Source: Blastomonas sp.
GTDB lineage: Bacteria; Pseudomonadota; Alphaproteobacteria; Sphingomonadales; Sphingomonadaceae
Assembly (NCBI GenBank): GCA_046291395.1
Contig: JBKBTF010000009.1
Coordinates: 3,234 to 67,233 of the forward strand
Length of the DNA: 64,000 nucleotides
Direction of reading: 5' to 3'
Shown piece after piece: positions 18,947-29,422 of this stretch. The translations under genes were made by a program, and so were the position numbers. The notes beneath the pieces are model-generated. The model was given only the letters and a program-made list of their open reading frames with translations, did not search any database and was not told the DNA's origin. How positions within the stretch are numbered: the stretch's first letter is position 1; each line of letters starts with the position of its first letter.

Positions 18947-20966
18947 AACTCGCCGGAACCGCCGCCAGCGTCTTGCGGATCAGCGCGACCAGATCGTCCG
19001 GCGCAAACGGCTTGGTGATCAGCAGATCGTGCGGACAATCACCGGTCAGCGCGCCGCCGGCATAGCCGGTCATCAGCACGATCGGCATATCGGGCCAAAG
19101 CTTGCGGATCTCGATCGCCAGCGTCTTGCCGTCCATTCGCGGCATGGTGATGTCGCTCAGCACCAGATCGGGCCTGTTCCCGCTTTGGCCCACCCGGTCG
19201 AGCGCGGCCTGGCCGTCCTCGGCGTCGATCACGGTGAATCCCGCATCCTGCAGCACGTCGCAGACATGCGCACGCAGCGCGGCGTTGTCCTCGGCCAGCA
19301 GAATCACGCTGTCCTCGCGCAGGCCCGCTGCTGGCCGGGCGGTTATGCGCTCATCGGCATGGGTGCCGGCATCTTCGGCCACCGGTAGCCACAGGATCAC
19401 CGTGGTGCCCTCGCCCGGCGCGGTGTCGAGCGTCACGAAGCCGCCCGATTGCGCGACAAACCCCTGGACCTGGCTCAGCCCCAGCCCGGTGCCCTTGCCG
19501 ACGTCCTTGGTGGTGAAGAACGGCTCGAAAATGTGCTTGGCGACCTCGGGCGGGATACCGGTGCCGGTATCGTTGACGCAGAAGCGGACATAGCGGCCCG
19601 GCGGCGCGCCATGCCCGTCTTCGGAATCCTCGGGCGTGCGTTCGGCATTGGTGGCGTGCACGGTGATCTGGCCGGTTCCCTCCATCGCATCGCGGGCGTT
19701 GACGACGAGGTTGAGCAGCGCATTTTCGAGCTGGCTCGCATCGACGGTGATCGGCCACAGCGTCTCGGGGCATTCCACCTTGAGTTCGTGGCGTTTGTCC
19801 AGCGCCTGCGAGGCGAGCGGCACCAGATCGCGGATAAGGTCCGCCGGCTTGATCCGCGTCGGGGCCAGCGACTGGCGGCGGGCATAGGCCAGCAGACGCT
19901 GGGTCAGGTTGGCGGCGCGATTGGCTCCGTCGCGGGCATTGGCGATCGCCTGCTCGGCGCGGTCGGTCTGGCCCGAAGCGATCCGCTTTTGCGCGATATC
20001 GAGATTGCCGGAGATGATGGTCAGCAGGTTGTTGAAGTCGTGCGCGATGCCCCCGGTCAACTGCCCGATCGATTCGATCCGCTGCACTTGGGCAAGCTGC
20101 GCCTCCGCTGCCCGGGCGCGGGTGATATCGCGGGCGATACCGAAGATCAGATCGCCCTCGCGTGCCAGGCTCCAGCTCGCATAGATCGTCTGTCCGCTGA
20201 CGCCGCGCATTTCGCGTTCGGAGTGGACATCGCTCTCTCCGCTCGAAAGCGCGATCACATGGCCGGCATCGCGATCGACGAAATAGTCGCTGATGTGACC
20301 GGAACCGTCGCCGGGGACAGGCCCGAACGCCTTTTCCCAGGCGGGGTTGCCCGCCACGAGCTCGCCGCCGGTGGTGGTGATCAGCATCATGTCGAGCGAC
20401 GAATCCCACAGCCGGTCGCGCTGATCGGCGGCGAGGTCGGCGGCGAGCTGCTGGTGGATCAGTTGCTTGCGCAGCTCGAGCAGCGCCGCCACCTGCCGCG
20501 CTAGGGCCGCGAGCAGCGGCGCATCTTCGAATCGCTCGCGCGGCCTGCTGTCGGACAGGCACAAGGTGCCCAGCGCATAGCCTTCGCCATTGATGATCGG
20601 TGCACCGGCGTAGAAGCGGATATGCGGCGGGCCGGTGACCAGGGGATTGTCGGCAAAGCGCGGGTCTGCCCTGGCGTCGGGCACCACCATCACGTCGGAC
20701 GAGCGGATCGCGTGGTCGCAGAACGCGATGGCGCGCGGCGCCTGGACCAAGGCGATGCCGCTTGCCGCCTTGAACCATTGCCGTTCTTCCTCGACGATCG
20801 AGATGAAGGCGGACTCACAGCCGCCCAGCGCCTGGGCGATGGCGACCAGATCGGCATACAGGCTGTTGTCGCCGTCATCGGGGCCAAGCTGATAGGCGCG
20901 CAAGGCAGCCAGCCGCGCGATATCGTCGTCGCCCTTGAAGACGGTCTGGCTGAGATTGAGCAGCAT
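18945..20966 (-). CDS. Hybrid sensor histidine kinase (GAF-PAS-HisKA-HATPase-REC)
   Basis: GAF (IRFYAGAP, GTLCL), H-box GIAHDFNNLL, N-box LNLVVNARDAM, FEPFFTTK…GTGLGL, receiver LSDITMP. Confidence 0.93.
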   Translation of the reverse strand: MLLNLSQTVFKGDDDIARLAALRAYQLGPDDGDNSLYADLVAIAQALGGCESAFISIVEEERQWFKAASGIALVQAPRAIAFCDHAIRSSDVMVVPDARADPRFADNPLVTGPPHIRFYAGAPIINGEGYALGTLCLSDSRPRERFEDAPLLAALARQVAALLELRKQLIHQQLAADLAADQRDRLWDSSLDMMLITTTGGELVAGNPAWEKAFGPVPGDGSGHISDYFVDRDAGHVIALSSGESDVHSEREMRGVSGQTIYASWSLAREGDLIFGIARDITRARAAEAQLAQVQRIESIGQLTGGIAHDFNNLLTIISGNLDIAQKRIASGQTDRAEQAIANARDGANRAANLTQRLLAYARRQSLAPTRIKPADLIRDLVPLASQALDKRHELKVECPETLWPITVDASQLENALLNLVVNARDAMEGTGQITVHATNAERTPEDSEDGHGAPPGRYVRFCVNDTGTGIPPEVAKHIFEPFFTTKDVGKGTGLGLSQVQGFVAQSGGFVTLDTAPGEGTTVILWLPVAEDAGTHADERITARPAAGLREDSVILLAEDNAALRAHVCDVLQDAGFTVIDAEDGQAALDRVGQSGNRPDLVLSDITMPRMDGKTLAIEIRKLWPDMPIVLMTGYAGGALTGDCPHDLLITKPFAPDDLVALIRKTLAAVPAS

Positions 20967-21128
20967 GCCCCTGTCCGGTTGTCTGGCGGAGGTCTTGCCC
21001 GCCCGTTGGCAGTATATAGACCACCGGCGCGTCAACACCAGCAGGAGCGCTATTTTTGTTGGTGCTCAGGGGTCGCCTCCGGGCATGGCCGCGCCTATAT
21101 CGGGTGCAAGAACGCTTTAGGATGGCTC

Positions 21129-22952
21129 ATGAATTTCACTGTTGACCGGCGCAGGCTGCTGGGCGCTGCCGCGCTGACCGGCGCTGGCGCCGCGCTTGCG
21201 CCGCTTTTTCCCGCCTGGGCGCAATCGGGCACGGCGGGCCTGGCGCCCGCGCTGCCCGAGGTGTCGGGCGAGGATATCCGCCTGCGCATCGCCCATCAGA
21301 TGATCCGTGTCGATGGCAAGCCTGCCCATGCGATCGGCATCAACGGCACGGTCCCGGGGCCGCTGATCCGGCTCAAGGAAGGGCAGACTGTCCGGCTGCA
21401 TGTTGAAAACGCGCTCGATGAGGACAGCTCGATCCACTGGCACGGGCTGATCCTGCCGTTCCACATGGACGGCGTCCCCGGCATCAGCTTTCCCGGAATC
21501 CGGCCGCGCTCGACCTTCACCTATGAGTTTCCCATTCTGCAGGCGGGGACATATTGGTATCACAGCCATTCCGGGCTGCAGGAGCAGATGGGCCATTACG
21601 GCCCGATCGTGATCGATCCGGCAGGCGCCGACCCTGTGCAGGCCGACCGCGAACATGTCATCGTGCTGTCCGATCACAGCCCGCTGCATCCGCATACGAT
21701 CTTCAGGAAGCTCAAGCAGATGGGGGGCTATTTCAACTTCCAGAAGCAGACGCTGGCCGATCAGCTGCGTGGGCAGAACCAGTCGGCAGGCGAACGCGCC
21801 GAATGGGGTGCGATGCGGATGGACCCGACCGATATCGCCGATGTCACCGGATCGACCTACACCTATCTGGTCAACGGCCATGGCCCTCGCGACAACTGGA
21901 CCGCGCTGTTCGCACCGGGCGAGAGGGTGCGGCTGCGCTTCGTTAACGCGTCCGCGATGACGACGTTCAACGTGCGCATTCCCGGGCTCAAGATCACCAT
22001 CGTCCAGGCCGATGGTCTGCCGGTGCGCCCGGTGACGATCGACGAGTTCCAGATCGCGGTCGCCGAAACCTATGACGCGATCATCGAGCCTGCCGACGAT
22101 CGCGCTTATGCGCTGGTTGCCGAGAGCGTCGATCGCTCAGGAATGGCCGTTGCCACGTTCGCGCCGCGGCTCGGCATGGTTGCCGAGGTTCCGCGCTTAC
22201 GAAAGCGGCCGCTCGCCGACATGAAGGATATGGGCATGGGCGACATGGGCGGGGCGATGGCCGGGATGGATCACGGCGCGCCTGACGCCTGTACCCCCGA
22301 ACACGCCGCGATGGGGCACTGCACGCCCGCCGCCCAGATGGATCATTCCGGGATGGATCATGGGGCGATGAACCATGGTTCCGCGCCGATGGACCATTCG
22401 ATGCGCGACTTTTCTCTGGTGCCCGACAGCGTGAAGAAGACCCCGACGGTTCAGACGATTTCGCCCATGCCGGTCGATCGCACCGGCGAGCCGGGGCAGG
22501 GGCTCGATACTGTCGGGCATGACGTTCTGGTCTATCGCGATCTGGTCGCGCTCACCCGCAACCCCGATGTCCGCGCGCCCAGCCGCACGCTCGAGCTGCA
22601 CCTCACCGGCAATATGGAACGCTATATGTGGGCGTTCGATGGCGAGAAATTCTCGCACGTGAAGGACCCGATCCCGTTCATCGAGGGCGAGCGGGTTCGG
22701 GTCAAGCTGGTCAACGATACGATGATGGCGCACCCGATCCACCTGCACGGCCATTTCTTCGAGCTGGTCACCGGGCATGGCGACCACGCGCCGCGCAAGC
22801 ATACTGTGAACGTCCAGCCGGGCGGCACCGCGACCTTCGATTTCACCGCCGATGCGGTCGGCGACTGGGCGTTTCACTGCCATATGCTCTATCATATGCA
22901 CGCCGGGATGATGCAGACGGTGACGGTGCGGCCGCGCGGGGAGCAGGCATGA
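21129..22952 (+). CDS. copA: Copper resistance multicopper oxidase (CopA/PcoA)
   Basis: Tat signal DRRRLL; HWHG, WYHSH, HPIHLHG, HCHMLYHM; Met/His-rich insert. Confidence 0.95.
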   Translation: MNFTVDRRRLLGAAALTGAGAALAPLFPAWAQSGTAGLAPALPEVSGEDIRLRIAHQMIRVDGKPAHAIGINGTVPGPLIRLKEGQTVRLHVENALDEDSSIHWHGLILPFHMDGVPGISFPGIRPRSTFTYEFPILQAGTYWYHSHSGLQEQMGHYGPIVIDPAGADPVQADREHVIVLSDHSPLHPHTIFRKLKQMGGYFNFQKQTLADQLRGQNQSAGERAEWGAMRMDPTDIADVTGSTYTYLVNGHGPRDNWTALFAPGERVRLRFVNASAMTTFNVRIPGLKITIVQADGLPVRPVTIDEFQIAVAETYDAIIEPADDRAYALVAESVDRSGMAVATFAPRLGMVAEVPRLRKRPLADMKDMGMGDMGGAMAGMDHGAPDACTPEHAAMGHCTPAAQMDHSGMDHGAMNHGSAPMDHSMRDFSLVPDSVKKTPTVQTISPMPVDRTGEPGQGLDTVGHDVLVYRDLVALTRNPDVRAPSRTLELHLTGNMERYMWAFDGEKFSHVKDPIPFIEGERVRVKLVNDTMMAHPIHLHGHFFELVTGHGDHAPRKHTVNVQPGGTATFDFTADAVGDWAFHCHMLYHMHAGMMQTVTVRPRGEQA

Positions 22953-23950
22953 TCGCGCGGATGGCGCTCACCGCGCTGATAGGCGCAGGGATGGCAGGGC
23001 CTGCGCTGGCGCAGCACGAGCATCACGCCGCGCCCGATCCCGCGCCGCAGATGCAGTGCACCGCCGAACATGCCGCGATGGGGCATTGCACGATGGCTGC
23101 GCCGGAAACGCCTGTCGACCCCGCGTGTTCGCCCGAGCACGCCGCGATGGGGCATTGCGCCCCCGCGCCAGCGCCGGTTGCCGATCCGCAAGCCACGGGC
23201 ACCGCGCTACCTGCAGGCAATGCGCCCCCGCCGCCCGCGCCGCGAGCCGATTATGCCGATCGCATCTGGGGGGCAGAGGCGATGGCCCCGGTGCGCGATG
23301 CGCTGCGCCGCGAGCATGGCGGAGCAAGCTTCAGCCAGATCATGATCGATATCGCCGAACTGCAGGTTCGTGCTGGCCGCGAAGGCTATCGCTGGGAGGG
23401 TGAGGGCTGGTTCGGCGGGGACATCAACCGGCTGGTGATCAAGACCGAGGGCGAGGGCAGCTTCGGCGAGCGGATCGAGGACGCCGAGGTGCAGGCGCTC
23501 TACAGCCGGGCGATCGGGCCGTATTTCAACCTGCAGGGCGGGTTGCGGCAGGATTTCGAGCCCGCATCGCGCACCTATGCCGCGTTCGGGATAGAAGGCC
23601 TGGCGCCATACTGGTTCGAGGTCGAAGCACACGGCTTTGTCTCGACCGGGGGCGACGTGCTCGCGCGACTGGCGGCCAGCTATGACCAGCGCATCACCCA
23701 GCGGCTGATCCTGCAACCGCGCGCCGAGTTCAATTTCGCCGCGCAGGATGTGCGCGCCAGCGGCATCGGCTCGGGGCTGTCGGATGCCGAGTTCGACCTG
23801 CGGCTGCGCTACGAGATCATCCGCGAATTCGCACCCTATATCGGCATCTCATATGCCGCCAAGATCGGCCGCACCGCCGATTTCGCGCGCGCTGCGGGCG
23901 AGGATCCGACCGGCACCAGCTTCGTGATCGGCGTGCGGGCGTGGTTCTAG
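22949..23950 (+). CDS. copB: Copper resistance outer membrane protein (CopB/PcoB)
   Basis: Follows copA with ATGA overlap; GLAPYWFE, LRLRYEI, GVRAWF. Confidence 0.93.
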   Translation: MIARMALTALIGAGMAGPALAQHEHHAAPDPAPQMQCTAEHAAMGHCTMAAPETPVDPACSPEHAAMGHCAPAPAPVADPQATGTALPAGNAPPPPAPRADYADRIWGAEAMAPVRDALRREHGGASFSQIMIDIAELQVRAGREGYRWEGEGWFGGDINRLVIKTEGEGSFGERIEDAEVQALYSRAIGPYFNLQGGLRQDFEPASRTYAAFGIEGLAPYWFEVEAHGFVSTGGDVLARLAASYDQRITQRLILQPRAEFNFAAQDVRASGIGSGLSDAEFDLRLRYEIIREFAPYIGISYAAKIGRTADFARAAGEDPTGTSFVIGVRAWF

Positions 23951-24036
23951 CACATGGCAGCAAGTTGCGCCTTAACGTGCCTGCGCCGCGATGCTAGAGC
24001 CTGCCCAACCCCTATCACCGAGAAAGCCGCCACCCC

Positions 24037-25149
24037 ATGAAGACCCGCGCCGCCGTCGCCTTTGAGGCCAAGAAACCGCTTGAGATCGTCGAGCTCGACC
24101 TCGAAGGCCCCAAGGCGGGCGAGGTTCTGGTCGAGATCATGGCGACGGGCGTCTGCCACACCGATGCCTATACGCTCGACGGGCTCGACAGCGAGGGGCT
24201 GTTCCCCAGCGTGCTGGGGCATGAGGGCGCAGGGATCGTGCGCGAGGTCGGTGCGGGCGTGACGTCGGTCAAGCCGGGCGATCATGTCATCCCGCTTTAC
24301 ACCCCCGAATGCGGCCAATGCAAAACCTGCCTCAGCGGCAAATCCAACCTGTGCACCGCGATCCGCGCGACCCAGGGCAAGGGGCTGATGCCCGACGGCA
24401 CCACGCGGTTCAGCTACAAGGGACAGCCGATCTATCATTACATGGGCTGCTCGACGTTCAGCAACTTCACGGTATTGCCCGAGATCGCGGTGGCGAAGAT
24501 CCGGCAAGACGCGCCGTTCCAGTCGGCCTGCTATATCGGCTGCGGCGTCACCACCGGGGTCGGCGCGGTGACCAAGACCGCCAAGGTCCAGCCGGGGGAC
24601 AACATCGTTGTCTTCGGCCTCGGCGGGATCGGGCTCAACGTGCTGCAGGGGGCAAAGCTTGCCGGCGCGAACAAGATCATCGGCGTCGACCTCAACCCCG
24701 ATCGCGAGGAATGGGGCCGCAGGTTCGGCATGACCGACTTCCTCAATAGCAAGGGCATGAGCCGCGAGGACACCGTCGCCAGGATCGTCGAGATGACCGA
24801 TGGCGGCGCGGACTATACCTTCGACGCCACCGGCAACACCGAGGTGATGCGCACCGCACTCGAGGCGTGCCATCGCGGCTGGGGCACCTCGATCATCATC
24901 GGCGTGGCGGAAGCGGGCAAGGAGATCAGCACCCGGCCGTTCCAGCTGGTGACCGGGCGCAACTGGCGCGGCACCGCGTTCGGGGGCGCCAAGGGCCGCA
25001 CCGACGTGCCCGAGATCGTCGACATGTACATGACCGGCAAGATCGAGATCGACCCGATGATCACCCACGTCATGGGGCTGGAAGAGATCAACACCGCGTT
25101 CGACCTGATGCACGCAGGCCAATCGATCCGCTCGGTGGTGGTGTACTGA
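24037..25149 (+). CDS. frmA: S-(hydroxymethyl)glutathione dehydrogenase / class III alcohol dehydrogenase
   Basis: GVCHTD, GHEGAG, Zn cysteines, [14 protein letters not shown]-type motif, WRGTAFGG. Confidence 0.95.
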   Translation: MKTRAAVAFEAKKPLEIVELDLEGPKAGEVLVEIMATGVCHTDAYTLDGLDSEGLFPSVLGHEGAGIVREVGAGVTSVKPGDHVIPLYTPECGQCKTCLSGKSNLCTAIRATQGKGLMPDGTTRFSYKGQPIYHYMGCSTFSNFTVLPEIAVAKIRQDAPFQSACYIGCGVTTGVGAVTKTAKVQPGDNIVVFGLGGIGLNVLQGAKLAGANKIIGVDLNPDREEWGRRFGMTDFLNSKGMSREDTVARIVEMTDGGADYTFDATGNTEVMRTALEACHRGWGTSIIIGVAEAGKEISTRPFQLVTGRNWRGTAFGGAKGRTDVPEIVDMYMTGKIEIDPMITHVMGLEEINTAFDLMHAGQSIRSVVVY

Positions 25150-26000
25150 TGCCGGTCGCTGTGGAAACCGTCTCGTCGGTCAAGAGCTTCGGCGGCGAGC
25201 AGGCGGTGCTGCGCCATGCCTCGGAGGTCACCGGCACCGACATGACCTTCTCGGTGTTCGTCCCCGATCATGCACCCGATGCCAAGCTGCCCGTCGTCTG
25301 GTATCTCTCGGGCCTCACCTGCACCCAGGCCAATGTCACCGAAAAGGGCGAATTTCGCCGCGCCTGTGCCGAGCTCGGGCTGATCTTCGTCGCGCCCGAT
25401 ACCAGCCCGCGCGGCGAAGGCGTACCCGACGATCCGGAAGGTGCGTATGACTTCGGCCTCGGCGCGGGCTTCTATGTGGATGCGACCCAGGCGCCGTTCG
25501 CGCAGCATTACCGCATGTGGAGCTATATCACCGAGGAACTGCCCGAAATCATCGGCGACTGCTTCCCCGCGGACATGGATCGCCAGTCGATCATGGGCCA
25601 TTCGATGGGCGGCCATGGCGCGCTGACCATCGGGCTGACGCTACCCGAGCGCTTCAAGGCGGTCTCGGCGTTCGCGCCGATCGTTGCGCCGTCACAGGTT
25701 CCGTGGGGCCACAAGGCGCTGGGCGGCTATCTGGGCGAGGATCGCGCCGCCTGGCGCGCGCATGATGCGGTCGCGTTGATCGAAGATGGTGCGCGTGTGC
25801 CCGCACTGCTGGTCGATCAGGGCGACGCGGACAATTTCCTCGAAGAGCAGCTCAAACCACATCTCTTGGCCGAGGCGTGCGAAAAGGCGGGCATCGACCT
25901 GACGCTGCGGATGCAGCCGGGCTATGACCACAGTTACTATTTCATCTCCACCTTAATGGAAGACCATCTGCGCTGGCACGCTGCGCGGCTGAAGGCCTGA
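25149..26000 (+). CDS. fghA: S-formylglutathione hydrolase
   Basis: LSGLTC, PDTSPRG, GHSMGGHG, GYDHSYYF; translationally coupled to frmA. Confidence 0.95.
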   Translation: MPVAVETVSSVKSFGGEQAVLRHASEVTGTDMTFSVFVPDHAPDAKLPVVWYLSGLTCTQANVTEKGEFRRACAELGLIFVAPDTSPRGEGVPDDPEGAYDFGLGAGFYVDATQAPFAQHYRMWSYITEELPEIIGDCFPADMDRQSIMGHSMGGHGALTIGLTLPERFKAVSAFAPIVAPSQVPWGHKALGGYLGEDRAAWRAHDAVALIEDGARVPALLVDQGDADNFLEEQLKPHLLAEACEKAGIDLTLRMQPGYDHSYYFISTLMEDHLRWHAARLKA

Positions 26001-26007
26001 GCACCGG

Positions 26008-27504
26008 TCAGGGGACGATGGTCACGCTCGCGGTGCCGCTGGCCCAGACCGGCAGGTAAAGCCCGGCGCCTGCTGCCTGCAACTGGCCGGTTTTCGCGCG
26101 GGTCAGGTCGGCATGGATGATGACGTCGCCTGCGCGCTTGGCCTCGATCGCCTGGTCGATCTTGCCGAGCAATTCGGCATAGTCGCGCTCGAAGTTCTGC
26201 GCGAGCATCTCGGCGATCATCGGCGCGACGCCGGGCGCGTTGATCAGATCGAGGATCAGGTCGCCCCCGGTCATGTCGGTGGTGCCGGTGACGCCGAAAT
26301 CGGTAAAGCCCACCTTGCGCGAATCCTCGGCATTGACCGGCTTGCCGGTCATCCACACCGTGCCTGAGGTCGCGGTCTTGCTGCCCCGCTCGCGCGCCGA
26401 AAAGTTCAGCCCCACCGCGATCCGTCCGCCGCTGGTGCCATAGATCGTCGCCGCCTTGAACGTCGCATCGACCGGCTCGAGCCCAGGGACCATGAACGGC
26501 CGCCGCGAGCGTTTGCGCAGCGCCCGGATCAGCACGGGTTCGAGCGCGCGATAATCGGCGAATACCGGCAGGAAGAACGACAGCTCGCCGGGCTCGGCAT
26601 CGAGCGCCTGCATGGGTGGCAGCGCGACCGGCGTACGCGGTTCGGGCCGGTGGCCGACATAGGTTTCGGTAAGCGCGCGCATCCCCAGCCGCAACCGCAG
26701 GTGACCGTCGGTGACCTCGTACCCGCCATATTGCAGCGCGCGCGGCGTGATCCGCATCCACACTTCGGGGTTGCGCTCGTTGAGCACCACCGAGGTGAAG
26801 GCGCTGGCCCAGGCCTGCTCGATCTGCCGCTTGATGCCGATCCGCCCCAATTCGCCGGGCAGTTCGCGTTCGAGCCGCGCGATCACCGGTGCAAGCTCGC
26901 GCTCGGCAGGCTCGGTCAGGCTGATCGTCTGCCCCAGAAACTTGACATGCGGTTCGGCCAGCCAGTCATAGCTCAGCCTGACGGTGCCGCGCGGCGTCCA
27001 GTCCTTCTCCAGCTCGATGCGGACAACTGCGTGCGCCATCGCCTTGGCGGTGGCGGTCTTGCGCTTGAGGATGCCGCCTATGTCCTCGGCGCGCACCACC
27101 GCGGTGATCGGGAACGAAAAGCGCAGCTCCTTGCCCGAGCCGCCTACGCGGATCGCGCCGCGCGTCACCTCTCCAACGATATTGCACTTGATTCTGGGCG
27201 TCTTGACCGTCGCGATTCCCAGATCCACGCCTTCGCTTTCGATGCAGACCTGATCGGGCTCGTTGATCCGCCAAAGCTCGCGCGGGACATGCTGTTCCAG
27301 CGCCCGCGCCAGATTGCCCAGCTCCGCCTCTACCGGCACGGTGACCAGCGAGGGCGTGGGTTCGACCACGATGCTGTCATCGGTGCGCGGTGGGCGGCCC
27401 CGGTCGGTCCAGCCGGTGCCATAGATGAGCGCCAGGGTCACGGCGAGCGCCACCAGCGCGAGGACCCCCGCGCCGACAGCCTTGCGCCGGGACAGCGCCG
27501 CCAT
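26008..27504 (-). CDS. DUF4403-like membrane-anchored protein
   Basis: 498-aa ORF with one N-terminal TM helix and a beta-rich body; family recognised by overall pattern only. Confidence 0.6.
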   Translation of the reverse strand: MAALSRRKAVGAGVLALVALAVTLALIYGTGWTDRGRPPRTDDSIVVEPTPSLVTVPVEAELGNLARALEQHVPRELWRINEPDQVCIESEGVDLGIATVKTPRIKCNIVGEVTRGAIRVGGSGKELRFSFPITAVVRAEDIGGILKRKTATAKAMAHAVVRIELEKDWTPRGTVRLSYDWLAEPHVKFLGQTISLTEPAERELAPVIARLERELPGELGRIGIKRQIEQAWASAFTSVVLNERNPEVWMRITPRALQYGGYEVTDGHLRLRLGMRALTETYVGHRPEPRTPVALPPMQALDAEPGELSFFLPVFADYRALEPVLIRALRKRSRRPFMVPGLEPVDATFKAATIYGTSGGRIAVGLNFSARERGSKTATSGTVWMTGKPVNAEDSRKVGFTDFGVTGTTDMTGGDLILDLINAPGVAPMIAEMLAQNFERDYAELLGKIDQAIEAKRAGDVIIHADLTRAKTGQLQAAGAGLYLPVWASGTASVTIVP

Positions 27505-27507
27505 GGT

Positions 27508-28854
27508 TCAGCTGCTCGCCACGACCATGCCGTCGATGCGCAGCGTGGGCACATTGACCGCATAGCGGAAGTTCAGATCGTTCGCAGGGGTAAGCGCGGC
27601 GAACATGTCGATCAGGTTGCCCGCGATGGTGATCTCGCTGATCGGTTCGGCAAGCGCACCATCGCGGATGATGAACCCGCTCGCGCCGCGGCTATAGTCT
27701 CCGGTCACGCCGTTGACCCCCATGCCGATCATTTCGGTGACATAGATGCCGGTCGCGATGCCTGCCATCAGCGCGGCAGGGCTGTCGCTGCCGGCTTCCA
27801 TATGCACGTTGCTCGCCCCGGTCGCGGGTGCACCGCTGATGCCGCGCGCGGCATGGCCGGTCGGCGCTTCACCCAGCTGCCGTGCGGCAGCGCTGTCCAT
27901 CATCCAGCCGGTGAGCACGCCGTCATCGATAATGCGCCACGGTCTGGTCGGCAGCCCCTCGCCATCGAAACTGCGCGAGCGCAGTCCGCGCACCCGGTGG
28001 GGGTCATCGACGATCGTCACCGCGCTGTCGAACACGGGCTTGCCGCGCTTGTCGAGCAGGAAGCTGGTCTTGCGCGCGATCGCCCCGCCCGAGATCGCGC
28101 CGATCAGCGACCCGATCAGCGATCCGCCGGCGCGGGGATCGAACACCACCGGCATCGGTCCGCTGCTGATCCTGCCTGCGCCCAGCCGCGCCACCGCGCG
28201 TTCGCCGGCCCTGCGGCCGACAGCTTCGGGGCTTTCCAGATCGCCGAGGAAGCGCACCGTGTGCGATGCCGAATCGCGCTCCATCGCGCCTTCGCCGCCG
28301 GCCAGCACGCTCGCGCCGATGCCATAGCGGCTGCCGCCATAGCTGCCGACAAAGCCGTGGCTGGTGGCCAGCGCCATCACCGAGCGCACCGCGCCCGCCG
28401 ACCCGCCTTCGGAGTTGGTCACGCCTGGGACCGCGCGCGCAGCCGCCTCGCAGCGTTCGGCCAGCTCGCGCAGCAACGCCGGATCGGGATCCGTGCCATC
28501 GTCGAGGTCGAGCGCGGGCAGCGGCCCGCGCGCCAGATACTCCACAGGCGCAAGCCCCGCATAGGCATCTTCGGGCGCCATCCGCGCCATTGCCACCGCG
28601 CGTTCGGCCAGCGTCGCAAGGCCCGCAGCGGTGACATCCGCGCCCGATACGCTGGCAGACCGCCTGCCATCGAACACGCGCAGGCCGATCGCCGCGCTTT
28701 CGGAACGCTGGACATCTTCCAGCGCGCCCAGCCTGATCTGTACATCGGTGGAGGCATCGCAGGCGAAGACGGCATCGGCCGCGCTCGCTCCCGCAGCGAT
28801 GGCGCGGGCGACAAGGTCTTGCGCCAGGTCTCTTGCTTGGTCGGGTGTTTGCAT
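27508..28854 (-). CDS. pmbA: TldE/PmbA family protein
   Basis: FDGEG, GVNGVTGDYSRGASGF, EITIAGNL; lacks the HExxxH of TldD. Confidence 0.9.
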   Translation of the reverse strand: MQTPDQARDLAQDLVARAIAAGASAADAVFACDASTDVQIRLGALEDVQRSESAAIGLRVFDGRRSASVSGADVTAAGLATLAERAVAMARMAPEDAYAGLAPVEYLARGPLPALDLDDGTDPDPALLRELAERCEAAARAVPGVTNSEGGSAGAVRSVMALATSHGFVGSYGGSRYGIGASVLAGGEGAMERDSASHTVRFLGDLESPEAVGRRAGERAVARLGAGRISSGPMPVVFDPRAGGSLIGSLIGAISGGAIARKTSFLLDKRGKPVFDSAVTIVDDPHRVRGLRSRSFDGEGLPTRPWRIIDDGVLTGWMMDSAAARQLGEAPTGHAARGISGAPATGASNVHMEAGSDSPAALMAGIATGIYVTEMIGMGVNGVTGDYSRGASGFIIRDGALAEPISEITIAGNLIDMFAALTPANDLNFRYAVNVPTLRIDGMVVASS

Positions 28855-28903
28855 CAGCAGCGTTTAGGCTGCCGACCGGTCAGGGTCAATCGAGCCGGGC
28901 GGC

Positions 28904-29305
28904 TCAGAACAGCGCCGACAGGCCCTTGACGATCGCCACGAACGCGAACGGAAAGCCGATCGCGAACAGCCAGATGCCCAGCCGGTCACCGCGATAAACC
29001 TGCATCAGCCGGGCTTCCGAAAGATCGCTGCGGCCCAATGCCTGCCAGCGTCTTTCGACACGTCGGCACATGGGGATGACGATACCGACCAGAGCGACCA
29101 GACCCAGATAGGGCAGGATCGACATGCCCTCGCCCTTGATCGCGCCCATCACCACGAAGATCTGCAGGCCGGTATAAGCGAGCAACGCATAGGCAACGTG
29201 GTTGCTGATCCGTCGGTCCCAAACCGTTTCGGGTGTCGCGGGTTTGACGAGCGTGGAATTGTAGCGTGCGGCTTCGAACCGCTCTTCGATAGCATTGGTC
29301 ATCAT
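28904..29305 (-). CDS. Hypothetical membrane protein (3 predicted TM helices)
   Basis: Hydrophobic ORF filling the gap between the ligase and pmbA; palindrome TGTCAT-N4-ATGACA upstream at 29357-29372. Confidence 0.65.
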   Translation of the reverse strand: MMTNAIEERFEAARYNSTLVKPATPETVWDRRISNHVAYALLAYTGLQIFVVMGAIKGEGMSILPYLGLVALVGIVIPMCRRVERRWQALGRSDLSEARLMQVYRGDRLGIWLFAIGFPFAFVAIVKGLSALF

Positions 29306-29422
29306 GACCCCCATGATTGCCGTGTGCGGACTCACTTCGTCGCACCAAAATGAGTGTGTCATTCGCATGACAGCTTGGCAAGGGGGGTTAACCGGGGTGC
29401 AGCCTGTCCGCAGCCCGGCCGG

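Noticed and set aside
27508-28854. pmbA without an adjacent tldD
   Set aside because: The two genes are often unlinked; not unusual.
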